A stretch of DNA of 64,000 bases from a virus, in IMG/VR virus record IMGVR_UViG_3300028601_000032, positions 7,238 through 71,237 of that record; one strand, 5' to 3'. The notes under the pieces are model-generated. The model did not search any database. It saw only the letters and a list, made by a program, of their open reading frames with translations, and was not told the DNA's origin. A program made the translations under genes and the position numbers. Shown here piece by piece: positions 46,645 through 57,451 of the stretch. The stretch's first letter is position 1, and each line of letters opens with the position of its first letter.

Positions 46645-47817
46645 TCACTTCACCAGGCTCTTTTTACAGAGTTTAGTTGTTGCCGATACCCGTGCTATAT
46701 AATCCTCTGCCTCCGGTCTTACTTTCCCAAAATCAAGAAGAGTATGAAATTTAGCACGATCAATCAAATGTTGAATCCTCTTAACATAAAAATAACCAAC
46801 AACGGAAGCCCCGTTCAATTCTTCAGAAGGAATTTTAACATAAACATAATCACCTAGTTTCGCTTGCGGAGTCCCTATTAATAATACCTGCCCGGAGATT
46901 TCAGGATCTTTTTCAGCACTCAACAGCCCCTCCGCGACAGAATTACATAAATCCGATGATTTAATCCAGGGGTAAGTATCCACTGCACTCCTTCGCCCAT
47001 ATATAGAAGACAGTGCATCATCTACAGCCGATCCCTTATACTGATTTCCACTTTCAGGAGTCGCCCCGTAAACTCTATGAAACGTAAAAACCCCCTCGCC
47101 GTCCACGTCAAAATCAGCAGCTATCAACCTCTGAGTACCTTCTACAACTTTGTATGAATTTACCGGAGTCGCCGTAAAAGATCCTGCTGTAACAAATTGT
47201 CTCCAGGAAACATATCGGGTACTCAGGTTTTTTGATGAATCATACGTGGGAACTACTTCAAATATCCACTTTAGCCCGCTATTTGTCTCCATGTCGCTTA
47301 TCAAGTCCATCAAATTCATTTGATCTGCATTTGTATCATAGGTAGGGAAAACGACCCCAGTTGATGCTCTTGAATCTGAATATGTGAGGCGGTTAAAATA
47401 TTTTGAGAAATACGATAAGAGAGTTTTTGCGTCGGTTGGAGTTGCATATTCTTTCGTTTCTTCAATGAGATCTGTTCTGATTTCTGCTTCATGCCCGACA
47501 GCATAAATACGAAGTTGATTTCCGGTTCCGTATTCGGAGCTTAAATTTTCAATTCTTCCATGAAATATATCTTGCCATACAGTTTTTTCAGTTCTATCCA
47601 TTTTTACGGATACCTGCAACCTGATTATATCGTCAAAATTGATAGGGGAAGCATATCCCGAACTTGCTGGGGAATTATTTGAAACTACATCTATGCTTGC
47701 ACCTGATACCGAAAAAGGATAACTCTGCTGAGTAGTAGCCGCGATTACTTGAGGATAATATTTCGCATGAGTTGAAGGTTTTTCAACTACCAGCCGGATA
47801 TTCACAATCCTGATCAT
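46645..47817 (-). CDS. Baseplate hub/Tal-like tail protein
   Basis: Position after the distal tail gene; DIFHGRIE, AVGHE, C-terminal RIQHLI..FHTLLDFG. Confidence 0.6.
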   Translation of the reverse strand: MIRIVNIRLVVEKPSTHAKYYPQVIAATTQQSYPFSVSGASIDVVSNNSPASSGYASPINFDDIIRLQVSVKMDRTEKTVWQDIFHGRIENLSSEYGTGNQLRIYAVGHEAEIRTDLIEETKEYATPTDAKTLLSYFSKYFNRLTYSDSRASTGVVFPTYDTNADQMNLMDLISDMETNSGLKWIFEVVPTYDSSKNLSTRYVSWRQFVTAGSFTATPVNSYKVVEGTQRLIAADFDVDGEGVFTFHRVYGATPESGNQYKGSAVDDALSSIYGRRSAVDTYPWIKSSDLCNSVAEGLLSAEKDPEISGQVLLIGTPQAKLGDYVYVKIPSEELNGASVVGYFYVKRIQHLIDRAKFHTLLDFGKVRPEAEDYIARVSATTKLCKKSLVK

Positions 47818-47821
47818 AATA

Positions 47822-50800
47822 TCACGTCGCTGGATCTAAATCGCGATACCGCAAGGTTGCAATCAGTGATGATTTCCCAGCAACCTGAATACCAATCACA
47901 TTCGCTTTTTTATTTGCGTAGATCTTGAATCGTTCGCAGTCAATAGTTGCCAGGGCTGCCGATATTTTGAGTTCTCCAAACTCGCAGCTTTCCCCGGAAT
48001 CAGGGGCGATTTTTACGAAAAACGACGTTTTATTTACAAGATTTAGACTGTTGTCATTAATCAGTTCCCTGTTCATCTCAGAATTCAGTATCTCGGTTGT
48101 TTGATTCCCATCTATCCCGTAATAAGTTCCAGACTGCGTTTCTGAAATTGAGATCTGAGGAGCCCCAGAATATACAAAGGCTTTCATATATGGAATCCCG
48201 GTCACCGGATATTTGCAGGGCATCCTAAATATGACATATCCCCCGCTTGCGATAACTATTGATTTGTTTACAGAGTTGTAAGTTACTCCAGAGGTGTCAA
48301 CGGCTGTAATAGTATAATTATCATCCATGAAATCTTCCGCATAAGTGAGGCTACCGCTTCCGTCTGCATTAATTTCCATCCGGTATTTTGGGAGGAGAAT
48401 ATCACAGCAATCCATTACTAGCGAGGTGTCAGCCGTATTCCACATGTAGACATTGCTTGATGTCACCACGCCCGCAGTCATTTCCGTTATCTTGTATCCT
48501 ATTTCAGTAGCAACTGCCTTATAGCTCGCTGAACCGGATCTCATATAATACCTGAACGTTAGGGGCTGCCCTGTAGCTGATTCCTTCGAGATTACTGCCG
48601 ATTTTGACACGAAATCATCATCAGAAGTTGTCCACTCTGCAAGAGTTACTTCGCTTCCTGATCCTGTCTGCATAGTTACTTTCATGTAAGCAACAGTTCC
48701 GGAATGCTCGTTTCTAAGTTTTGCATGGATTTCTTCAATTCTGTATATTGCTCCATCTGAGAGGGCGGGCAGAACATGAATAGGTGCAGCAGAGGCAGTA
48801 TAAGAAGTTGATTTGGTGGTGTATGTAGTTCCCACATCAGTTGAATATTGTGTTGAATTCCCTGAGATCGTTGTATCTGGAGCAGAGGTAACCCCAGTCA
48901 AAATCACATCAGGGGTAGTGTCTACCGTTCCATATGTTGTTATATTTGCGCCTGTTTGGGACAGTTCAAAGTCACTTGCTCTCTCTATCAGCATTTTGTC
49001 AATGTATCCCACTGCGCCGGAATTAAGATTTGACCCCCTTATTCTAACATACGCATCAGATGGTCGGACATCGAAAGAAAATGTTATTTTTCTCTGGTTC
49101 CAATCTGTATTAGAGTCCCAAGTTAATTCTTTGATTACTGAATTTCCTGAGATTATATCCGCTTTCAGACTTCCCTCAGTCAATCCTTCGACTTTTCCAA
49201 ATCCTGAAATGACATATCGAGTGTTCGCCTCAAAAGACTGTTTCTGAGTAATTACGCCCCTGTTTGCTGAGCCGTCGCCCTCGATCTTGACTGAATATAG
49301 CCCATCCTTGGCGGTCTCAGAGCTTCTGGATTGCCCTGCGCTTACGTATGTCCATCCATTCGGGGCCACGTCTGATACACTACCATAATTGCTGCATACC
49401 ATAGCTCTACTGCCTGAAATTCCACCTCTCGAAACTGCCACAAATTTATTGAGGTCGTCGGCATAAGCGACTGATGTATATAAGTTGTAGACTCCACCGG
49501 AAGAAGGAAGAACCGCAGGAAGCCACGAAACTGAATCAACTGATAATATAGCTCCGTTTGCAGTTCCTCCGGCGGCGTCTCCCTCGCTCACTGCCATCAG
49601 CACACCCCTTTCTCTCGCCCACACCAACGACCTTAATTTGTTGTAAGTGTATGCAACTGATCCCCCCGTACTGCCCGCTTCTGTAATCACAAATCCAGTA
49701 TCCGTATTAATTGCTTTGTAGCTTCCGTTACTGGTTTTCATATAACATCTCACAGTAACAGACTCGTTTGCACCTGAAACGAGGGCAACATTCAAAGATT
49801 TTGAAGCGTAGGTGGTCGTTGAATTAGTCCATTCTTTGATTAGAGTTTCGGGTCCTGATCCAAATTGGACCGTAAATTTGATGCTCGCGACCACACCCGA
49901 ATATTCGCTTTTTAGCTTGCAGAAAACTCTATCAATTCTATAATAGTGACCATTATCAAGAGCAGGGACAGTAAACGACGGACCCCCGCCTGCACTCCAA
50001 TCTGTTGTTTTCGCTGAGTAAACATACCCATCCGGTGTCTGTATAGTTTCCGTTGAAATGTCACCTTCTGCCGGGGTCACAGTTTGAGTGGCCACAGGGA
50101 CATCTCTAAGAGTCCATGTATCTCCAAGACCTGAAGGAGAGGTCATTATTTGTGAAAAAGTTTCCGGAAGTGGAGCATCGGCACATGCCACAAACAGACC
50201 CAGAGTATCAGCCCAGACAACCGAAGTAAGAGCAAGTGCAGGGCATGTTTGAGCAATGTAGCTCACTCCATAATCGTCTGAGGTCATTACTCTCTGAGTT
50301 GCGTGACTACCATAGGCGACTACAACAATTCTTCTAAGTTCCGGCGCATATGCCGCGCTTATCCAGTTGTTGTATTCGATAGGAGTCGCCACTTCGGTCC
50401 ACGTTTCACACTTATCATCTGAGTACATGGATCTTGGTTGACCCGGAGTAGTCCCCGACTGAGCGTAAATTATAACCCTGCCAGTTGTTACCGTGTCATT
50501 TGGAGGTATCCATAAAACATACGTCCACGCGTTGTCATTTACAGGAGTCGTTTTCGAGGTCCAGGTATCCCCGTTATCACTTGAGACCATAACTTTATTC
50601 GAGGTCCCAGCGAGCGAGCAGGCGACCCACATACTCCATTCAGGACACCATGCTAACCCATTCCATCCGGTTCCAAAAGAATTACTACCAGACGGCAGTC
50701 TCCATGTAGTCCCGTCACTTAGAATCACTTTTGTGGTTGTCCCGGTTCTCGATACTGCACAAAAAGTCTGCGTCTCTTTTGCGTATCGTACACACCTGTA

Positions 50801-52738
50801 TTCATTATCTTCGGGAGTTGTTTGCAGGGTCCATGTAGGGATTTGGTTAGGAGTCCAGTCCTCAAAACTTGCATTCCTGATTAGATTCCCTGTATAACAA
50901 TCATCTGCCGAAAACTGCATAGAATTGTAAATGTACCTACTTCTCATTCTCTGGATAACGCTTTCATAATAAGGCCGGTCCATGACGAGAAGAAATGAAT
51001 AAGTATTATAGTCTTCTGGAATATCCCCTGATCTTAATCTTAAATCCGTCGAATAATCGCCCATTGAGCCGGTAGCCTGCCAATTTGCATATGCTCCTCC
51101 AAATTCAACAGTCACCCTCCCGGCCTTTGTGAATTCAGCAATGGCTTCATGGGTTTCCCGAAGGGTTTCGGCTCCACAGTCAAGAGTAAGTTCAGCCCCT
51201 TCAATTTCTAAATCAGTTAATGCCCAGCCCTCGACACCCGGACATTTATCTTGAGCAATAGATTTCCCTACGTCCACCTGTTTAGCGTACCAGTTAAATG
51301 GTTTATGGTTGATGTATGCGGTTCTGCCGGGAACATAATAATTATCATCTAAATCTTTTTGGTACTGAATTATAACAGGATCGAGAACTGGTTCTGTACC
51401 GGGATCAAGACCGGGATCTTGAATTGGATCAGAACCGCTTCCGGTATCGTCTGATCCAGTACTATCCCCAGGAAGTGTCTCAGTTATAGGACCCGATGCT
51501 TCAGAAATGGGGAATACCTGATAGTAATTCCCGGCTGAATTATTTGAAACGTAATTCGTTTCAGCAATTACACTCATTTTAGAGGGCACGACGTTCCAAA
51601 TACCGTATCCGCCGCCCCCCTGTGTAATGGTGGATGTGACATTATTATTTTTAATGGTGCAGGTGACGCCTGAAGCAGTTGCATCTAAGATTTTTATTCC
51701 GGCATGATAGTTCCCATTAATAGTATTATTCTCAATTTTTAGCCCATTGCCCCATTTATAGACCGCAATTCCGGCTCTTCTAGTGACTCCTGTGTTTCCC
51801 CATCCACAACCTGTAATCAAATTATTATAAATATGAACATTCTGTTCAGTGGTCCCGCTTGAACTGCTTGTATCCATCAGGCAGATGCCGCCTATACCAC
51901 TGCTCCGAATTGTGTTATTATAAATAGAAATATCTTTTGTGAGTAAGGGCATATTATATGAATCTGGCTCATTTCCTACCTGGATTGCATTGTCACCCCC
52001 GTCCGGTGCGCTTGTGGGACCGTCAGGTGTTCCAAAAATCGCGCGCTCCATCCAGGGTACTATTGTATTATCTCTGATTTTGATAGACTGACAGTTATCC
52101 AGCCGGACCCCCGCATTCGTGATATATTTTATATCATTGCTATAGATGTCTCCCCCGACAACATCTATAAAAAATACACTTGAATGCATTAAATTGTATT
52201 GAGTATTATTGTGAATTCTCACATTTTTAGCATGGACTATACGGCATCCATCGCCCATACTGTCTTTGAAATCAATGTCGTGAATGTGAATGTCTTCAAC
52301 CGGAACTGAAGCGGTTCCTTGAAAATGAATACAGTTATAATATCCCTTCCCATGTATTCGTTCAGGATCTCCCTCTCCGTCATGGTATAGATTAGCCTCA
52401 TTCCCGTTAATTTTGAATCCTGAGATTTCAACCCCGGCAATATACGAGCCACTGCCATTAATCTGAGCAATAATAGGCGTCATTGAAGCCCACATGCATG
52501 AATCATCGAGTTTAATTTCTGCTGTAGCATCTCCTGTAAAAACAGTGTAACTTCCCATCAGGAGCTTATCTGAAATTCTGTAGGTATAGGGACCACGAAT
52601 GTAAACGGTATTGCCCGGATTGGCCGCCGCCCACGCAAGAGCCTGATTTATCTGAACATGGTCGTCCACTCCATCACAAACATATGTAGAATCCCCTGCA
52701 CTCCATCCAATATATCGAGTTTCGGCCATCTCAGACAC
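47822..52738 (-). CDS. Large distal-tail/receptor-binding protein with beta-helix, CBM and BNR-propeller domains
   Basis: Follows TMP; beta-helix N-terminus, NLIRNASFEDW CBM start, Asp-boxes SDNGDTW/SDDKCETW/SDDYGVSY, duplicated module. Confidence 0.7.
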   Translation of the reverse strand: MSEMAETRYIGWSAGDSTYVCDGVDDHVQINQALAWAAANPGNTVYIRGPYTYRISDKLLMGSYTVFTGDATAEIKLDDSCMWASMTPIIAQINGSGSYIAGVEISGFKINGNEANLYHDGEGDPERIHGKGYYNCIHFQGTASVPVEDIHIHDIDFKDSMGDGCRIVHAKNVRIHNNTQYNLMHSSVFFIDVVGGDIYSNDIKYITNAGVRLDNCQSIKIRDNTIVPWMERAIFGTPDGPTSAPDGGDNAIQVGNEPDSYNMPLLTKDISIYNNTIRSSGIGGICLMDTSSSSGTTEQNVHIYNNLITGCGWGNTGVTRRAGIAVYKWGNGLKIENNTINGNYHAGIKILDATASGVTCTIKNNNVTSTITQGGGGYGIWNVVPSKMSVIAETNYVSNNSAGNYYQVFPISEASGPITETLPGDSTGSDDTGSGSDPIQDPGLDPGTEPVLDPVIIQYQKDLDDNYYVPGRTAYINHKPFNWYAKQVDVGKSIAQDKCPGVEGWALTDLEIEGAELTLDCGAETLRETHEAIAEFTKAGRVTVEFGGAYANWQATGSMGDYSTDLRLRSGDIPEDYNTYSFLLVMDRPYYESVIQRMRSRYIYNSMQFSADDCYTGNLIRNASFEDWTPNQIPTWTLQTTPEDNEYRCVRYAKETQTFCAVSRTGTTTKVILSDGTTWRLPSGSNSFGTGWNGLAWCPEWSMWVACSLAGTSNKVMVSSDNGDTWTSKTTPVNDNAWTYVLWIPPNDTVTTGRVIIYAQSGTTPGQPRSMYSDDKCETWTEVATPIEYNNWISAAYAPELRRIVVVAYGSHATQRVMTSDDYGVSYIAQTCPALALTSVVWADTLGLFVACADAPLPETFSQIMTSPSGLGDTWTLRDVPVATQTVTPAEGDISTETIQTPDGYVYSAKTTDWSAGGGPSFTVPALDNGHYYRIDRVFCKLKSEYSGVVASIKFTVQFGSGPETLIKEWTNSTTTYASKSLNVALVSGANESVTVRCYMKTSNGSYKAINTDTGFVITEAGSTGGSVAYTYNKLRSLVWARERGVLMAVSEGDAAGGTANGAILSVDSVSWLPAVLPSSGGVYNLYTSVAYADDLNKFVAVSRGGISGSRAMVCSNYGSVSDVAPNGWTYVSAGQSRSSETAKDGLYSVKIEGDGSANRGVITQKQSFEANTRYVISGFGKVEGLTEGSLKADIISGNSVIKELTWDSNTDWNQRKITFSFDVRPSDAYVRIRGSNLNSGAVGYIDKMLIERASDFELSQTGANITTYGTVDTTPDVILTGVTSAPDTTISGNSTQYSTDVGTTYTTKSTSYTASAAPIHVLPALSDGAIYRIEEIHAKLRNEHSGTVAYMKVTMQTGSGSEVTLAEWTTSDDDFVSKSAVISKESATGQPLTFRYYMRSGSASYKAVATEIGYKITEMTAGVVTSSNVYMWNTADTSLVMDCCDILLPKYRMEINADGSGSLTYAEDFMDDNYTITAVDTSGVTYNSVNKSIVIASGGYVIFRMPCKYPVTGIPYMKAFVYSGAPQISISETQSGTYYGIDGNQTTEILNSEMNRELINDNSLNLVNKTSFFVKIAPDSGESCEFGELKISAALATIDCERFKIYANKKANVIGIQVAGKSSLIATLRYRDLDPAT

Positions 52739-54863
52739 CTGCTTTCTTTAATTTTGTTTTAGACGTTGACGTTCCGTTATTGTTTACGGTGTTAATTTTC
52801 ACATTTGTTTCCCCGGTTCCCTTCCCACCCGAAGATGTGATACCCATTTTTATATTGCTGGGAGCCCTTTTCCCCGCGTATGTTGGATCATTATAAAAAT
52901 CTTCGACTGAATTCCATTTCGGCTGAATCATGTTTATTCTGGTGATTGCTTGCCCAAGACCGTTAACAGACACCGTGGCCTTATCAGCATCTCCCTTCAC
53001 CCCGATCAACCCCGCTCTAGTACCTGCAAGTGGTTGATTTCCGGCAGTCTGAAGAAGAGTTATCATTTGACCCGCAGTCAGATTTACGACTTTCCCGTTT
53101 TGGTCTACAAGGGCAAGTTGTCCGGCAGTACCTGCCTGAGACACGTTCCCGGACTCCTGAAGATATTGAGTGAGTTGATTGATTGTAAGGGATGTTGTCT
53201 TCCCGTTCTGATCTACGAGGGATATCTGGGCATTTGTACCGTCCATCCTGACATTTCCAGCATCTGAAATGATGTGAGTGAAATTCGTTCCGGTTGCAGA
53301 AGCAGCATTAAGAGAAGCATCGACTGTTTGTACCTGCCCTACAGTACCTCCCATATCCACGTTTCCCAGTGTAGTTAATTCATCAGTCCCGGCTGAAACA
53401 GTGGGGATCATAGATGATATTCCAGAACTGATATTTTCAATCCCGCTCTGCGTCCCGCTAGTGTCAATATTGGCGAAATCTTCAAAAGACCTTGTTACCT
53501 GCCCGGAATCGTTTCTTATCTCCTCAGCCTGTTCATGGAATCCCACCCCCATTTTTGAGAACTGGGACACAACACCGTCTACAAAATCGCCAACTTTTCC
53601 CAAAAACTCCATTGGGAGAATACTTTCAATTGCTTTTCGTATTTCTCCGGCGACGTAAACGATTCCTTCCCACAATATCGTGAACGCTGTCTTCACGTCA
53701 TGAGCTACGATGGTAAAAATATCTTTCAAAAGATTCCATGAATATGTGATTACCCCGGTCTTTTCATTGAGATAAACGAGCCCAGCCGCCACAAGTGCAA
53801 GCGTTCCGACAACGAGAGTCGCAGGCCAGATTGCCGCAGAAATCGCAGCCCCCAAGGTAAGGGTACTTGTTACCATGATTCCAGTAATGGCAGAATATGC
53901 AGCAGCAGCACTTGTATATACTACCAATCCAGCCGCAAGAAGTCCTACGGCAGCGACCCCGGTTGCTGATACGATTACAAATGTCTGCATAGGCTCTGAC
54001 ATGCCAGCAAAAGCATCAGCAACAACCACACCTACGCCGGCAAGTTCTTTAAGGACCCCCAATAAACTCCATGTTTCAATTGTTTTGGTTCCGAGATCAA
54101 AACCTGCCAGTTCAGCCAACCCGCTTTTTAGACTGTCCTGAATATTTGATAACATCCCGGAGAAAGATTTTGAGCGTTCCTCCATTGCTCCGGCATATTT
54201 ATCATTCCAAATTGCCGAAATAGTGGAGGTAATCATTTCTTTGTTATTTCGATCAATGACTTCAATCTGCTGCTTGCCGTTTTTGTCCATGAACGTGAGT
54301 GCAGTTCTGCCAGCATCCTCCACGGAAGCACCCAACTGTTCATAATTCTTTTTTGTGATTTCAACAGCTTTGATACCAAACTCTTTCATTCTTTCAAATT
54401 CGCCCTGCTGAGCGTCTGCTATCGCTTCCACAACTGCCATTATAGGCTTTCCCATTGCTGCGGCTGTGTCTCCTAGCGTTCTCCCGTACTGTTCAACATC
54501 CATCCCGTAAGCTTTGAGTTGGATTGCTGCATCCATTAGTTCGGGAAACTCAAATGGAGTCGTGGCAGCGAAGTCCGCCAACCATTCAAACTTTTCCTGT
54601 GCAGCTTCCTGGCTTCCATATAGTGTTTTTAGAGTTAACGTAGCGTCTTCATAAGAAGAGGCAATAGTAGCCCCATAAGATGCTATCCCGGTAAGTGCTG
54701 CCGCCGGAAGGGCAAAAGCTGAAGCTAATGCTGCCTGGGATCCGGTTGAAAAATCCCCGATCTGGTTTTCTGCTGACTTTAGAGCGGAACCATACTCGGA
54801 AAAACTCCCTTTATCAATGTGGAGTCCCGCAAGTGCAAAAATTTCTCCAACCTGTCCCATCAA
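52731..54863 (-). CDS. Tape measure protein
   Basis: LKTLYGSQEAAQEKF..FAATTPFEFPEL..LKAYG tape-measure domain, Ala/Gly-rich hydrophobic middle. Confidence 0.92.
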   Translation of the reverse strand: MMGQVGEIFALAGLHIDKGSFSEYGSALKSAENQIGDFSTGSQAALASAFALPAAALTGIASYGATIASSYEDATLTLKTLYGSQEAAQEKFEWLADFAATTPFEFPELMDAAIQLKAYGMDVEQYGRTLGDTAAAMGKPIMAVVEAIADAQQGEFERMKEFGIKAVEITKKNYEQLGASVEDAGRTALTFMDKNGKQQIEVIDRNNKEMITSTISAIWNDKYAGAMEERSKSFSGMLSNIQDSLKSGLAELAGFDLGTKTIETWSLLGVLKELAGVGVVVADAFAGMSEPMQTFVIVSATGVAAVGLLAAGLVVYTSAAAAYSAITGIMVTSTLTLGAAISAAIWPATLVVGTLALVAAGLVYLNEKTGVITYSWNLLKDIFTIVAHDVKTAFTILWEGIVYVAGEIRKAIESILPMEFLGKVGDFVDGVVSQFSKMGVGFHEQAEEIRNDSGQVTRSFEDFANIDTSGTQSGIENISSGISSMIPTVSAGTDELTTLGNVDMGGTVGQVQTVDASLNAASATGTNFTHIISDAGNVRMDGTNAQISLVDQNGKTTSLTINQLTQYLQESGNVSQAGTAGQLALVDQNGKVVNLTAGQMITLLQTAGNQPLAGTRAGLIGVKGDADKATVSVNGLGQAITRINMIQPKWNSVEDFYNDPTYAGKRAPSNIKMGITSSGGKGTGETNVKINTVNNNGTSTSKTKLKKAGV

Positions 54864-54864
54864 A

Positions 54865-55161
54865 TCACCTATAATTTACAGTTCCGCCCGCCGCAATTGT
54901 TTTCTGTATCATCATTAATTGATACTGTTCAGGAGTTAGTTTCTTTATTTTTGATTTTTCTTCCGGCATGAAATCCTTGATCTCAAACCGCTTCTTGTTT
55001 TCTTTTGTAGCCCCGTTTGCATTTAGAATGACAGTGCATAGCCTCGCAGAAATCAACTGTTCAAACTCAAATCTGGAATTTGCTTCCGTAATCATGAGGG
55101 TGGTTTCTGCCGGGGTGTACTTCCAAAAATCAAGAGGGGATATGTTGCAAAAACTGTACAA
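54865..55161 (-). CDS. Tail assembly chaperone, T part (probably made by -1 frameshift)
   Basis: FWKYTPAE motif; frame stays open upstream to the slippery site. Confidence 0.75.
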   Translation of the reverse strand: MYSFCNISPLDFWKYTPAETTLMITEANSRFEFEQLISARLCTVILNANGATKENKKRFEIKDFMPEEKSKIKKLTPEQYQLMMIQKTIAAGGTVNYR

Positions 55162-55181
55162 TGACCGTTGAACGTCGTTGA

Positions 55182-55538
55182 TTAGGTCTTCGATTGTTCC
55201 GGCACTTCCCCCGTATCAGCCCCCGTTGATTCTGTTCCAAGCAGCCCAGATGCTATCAACGCTTTGCTGATTGTCAATGACAGGTCTTTGAGGGTGTGGT
55301 TTTCGAGGTATGTATCAATTATTTTTGACACTTCCTCTTTTTTCAGATCGGGATGTTTGTGAAGCAGCCCAGCCCACAGAATGAGACGAACCGAGACAGG
55401 CCCAAAATTGCCCTTTGATATGATTCTGTCAATGTCCGTAAATGCAGGAGCATCAAGGGCAATGGTCATTGACTCGATTCCGTTCCAGTCAAACCTGAGT
55501 GGATACCCTGAAACAAATTCAACCTCTTTTGTTACCAT
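55182..55538 (-). CDS. Tail assembly chaperone, G part
   Basis: LRFDWNGIE..LWAGLLH; between tube and TMP. Confidence 0.8.
   Translation of the reverse strand: MVTKEVEFVSGYPLRFDWNGIESMTIALDAPAFTDIDRIISKGNFGPVSVRLILWAGLLHKHPDLKKEEVSKIIDTYLENHTLKDLSLTISKALIASGLLGTESTGADTGEVPEQSKT
55206..55212 (-). other. Programmed -1 frameshift slippery sequence GGGGGAA
   Basis: ACG GGG GAA near the end of G; the -1 frame reads GSAGTIEDLINDVQRSLYSFCN into T. Confidence 0.75.
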
Positions 55539-55547
55539 TTATCCGCC

Positions 55548-56279
55548 TCACTCGCCTGGCCTTATGATGATTACAGTGTAGACCGTTACAGCTTTTGAGG
55601 GCTCAGCGACAACGACAGCTACCGACCTTACTACATCTGTGCCAGCCGCCCCGATTGTGATTGTACCATTCCCCCCGGAGGCAACTGTTTTCCCATCGAC
55701 AGTAATAGTAGTTCCGGGTGCTGCCTGAACTGGCACAATCACCGCTTGTGTATCTGCTGCTGCGATAGTAGTCGTATAGACATAAGTCGTGCCCGCGAAA
55801 GACGAGGGTATTAAAGTTTCTCCAGTCACTGTAAGGCCGGTAAGCGCACTCTTAGAAGTTGAATAAATCGGCTCGCCTGATACCTTTACTTTTGAAGATA
55901 TAAGCAAAAGCTGTCCTTCGACGATGTGGTCAAAGGTTTTGACTGTTCCATAGAATGTCAGATATGACCCGTCCGAAAATGTGACGGTAAACAGCGCTGT
56001 AGACCCATTTGCCGAAGCATACGCAAGTTCAATCTGCCCCAGGTCTCCGGCTATTGCGTGGCATTTGATTTCACATTCTCCTCCATCTTTCCTACCGGCT
56101 TTGTACTCTTTCCAGTCTCCGGAATCTTGATTGGTCACATCAATATCATCCGTGCTGGTCTGCGGAATCGGGATTCCGTCATCAAGTGGTTCGCCTATTT
56201 TCTGCTCAGTACGTCCAGGAATCAAAATTTTAACTTCAATTCCTCTTGCGACTGATGCAAGACTGTTAACATATGTCAT
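55548..56279 (-). CDS. Major tail tube protein with C-terminal Ig/cadherin-like domain
   Basis: DIDVTNQDS.DWKEYKAGRKDGG tube motif; C-terminal beta-sandwich. Confidence 0.85.
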   Translation of the reverse strand: MTYVNSLASVARGIEVKILIPGRTEQKIGEPLDDGIPIPQTSTDDIDVTNQDSGDWKEYKAGRKDGGECEIKCHAIAGDLGQIELAYASANGSTALFTVTFSDGSYLTFYGTVKTFDHIVEGQLLLISSKVKVSGEPIYSTSKSALTGLTVTGETLIPSSFAGTTYVYTTTIAAADTQAVIVPVQAAPGTTITVDGKTVASGGNGTITIGAAGTDVVRSVAVVVAEPSKAVTVYTVIIIRPGE

Positions 56280-56294
56280 TTTTTTAGCTCCTGT

Positions 56295-56684
56295 TCATTG
56301 AATCAATAATGAAAAATTAACTGTAAAAATGAAAGAATACCCTGCACTCACCGAAACAAAGCCGGGGGATGTGTCTGCTACTATGTAAATAAATTTTGTA
56401 GAACCAATATACTGATTGGAAACTGTTCTCAAAAGTTCATAAATAGACGTGATCTTATTAAACGCCGTTTCCGCGTCTGAATTTCTAACAGCTACCTCCA
56501 AACCGCTTGGTTTTGGATTCGTGGTTTCTTTAGAAATGACCCTGTTATATTCTCCTATGGAAAAAGGGATTAATGCGACATCGTTTTGTGTGAGAGAATC
56601 AAAATTATAAAAATGAATCGAAGCCCCTACTGTGCCGTATCCTGCCGTTTGAAGATAATCTCCAATATCAGAGAGCCAAGTCAT
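56295..56684 (-). CDS. Tail terminator/completion protein
   Basis: Size and position; LEVAVRN motif. Confidence 0.6.
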   Translation of the reverse strand: MTWLSDIGDYLQTAGYGTVGASIHFYNFDSLTQNDVALIPFSIGEYNRVISKETTNPKPSGLEVAVRNSDAETAFNKITSIYELLRTVSNQYIGSTKFIYIVADTSPGFVSVSAGYSFIFTVNFSLLIQ

Positions 56685-57034
56685 AGCGCGTCCCTCACTT
56701 CACTTTCTAATTTTTTCATTAAGTAGTGAGTCTGCACATTAAAGGGGGTACTCAAATATTTCATCGACCCCCACCGGTGATGCATGGGGATTTCATGAAC
56801 TTTGGCTGCGTACGGAGTCGAATAGGACAACCTAACATAAAATTCAGTGAAAGTGTTTTTCTGGATCTTGACTTCCGCCGACCCTCTCAGCCGACCTGTA
56901 TCCACGGGACAGTACACAGACCTTGATATTGTCATGGTCTTATTTGCCCATTCTACAAGCCCTTTCCTACTTAATTTCTCAAATTTGCTTTCTGTCACTT
57001 TGAGATTAGTAAGACATCTTTGGAGTCCAGGCAT
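56681..57034 (-). CDS. HK97 gp10-like neck protein (start corrected to ATG 57034)
   Basis: CPVDTGRLRGS, YAAKVHE, KYLSTPF. Confidence 0.8.
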   Translation of the reverse strand: MPGLQRCLTNLKVTESKFEKLSRKGLVEWANKTMTISRSVYCPVDTGRLRGSAEVKIQKNTFTEFYVRLSYSTPYAAKVHEIPMHHRWGSMKYLSTPFNVQTHYLMKKLESEVRDAL

Positions 57035-57342
57035 CAGATGGAGCCCTCCCCATAATAGACTTCGACACATTGCTCAACTCCAATGTGATTATTTATCCTG
57101 TTGATCTTTACAATTTTGGAGAAAGAGCCATCAGGCAAAACGATCTTATCATTGTATCCTATTGTTGTCCCTGCCGGGAATTGAGTGACAGCAACCGCAA
57201 GGACTTCAGTATTATCCTGTCCTGACATCAGTTTAGACAGTTTGGCATACTTGCAGGAAATGCTTGAAGACGTGCCGTATGTAATTTTGTGATGGGCATC
57301 CTTCGAAACATACGGATACCGGGTTACTGTCGAGGGGAACAT
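57034..57342 (-). CDS. Head closure protein
   Basis: Size and position; IGYNDKIVLPDG. Confidence 0.6.
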   Translation of the reverse strand: MFPSTVTRYPYVSKDAHHKITYGTSSSISCKYAKLSKLMSGQDNTEVLAVAVTQFPAGTTIGYNDKIVLPDGSFSKIVKINRINNHIGVEQCVEVYYGEGSI

Positions 57343-57451
57343 TCACATTCCTCCGACACTGATAAGAAAAATAAAGCATCTCCTGACAGGGAGAACGAGC
57401 GATAAGGGGAACACTGCCAGGAGCTAAAGAAGAGGTTTTCATCGGGAATTG

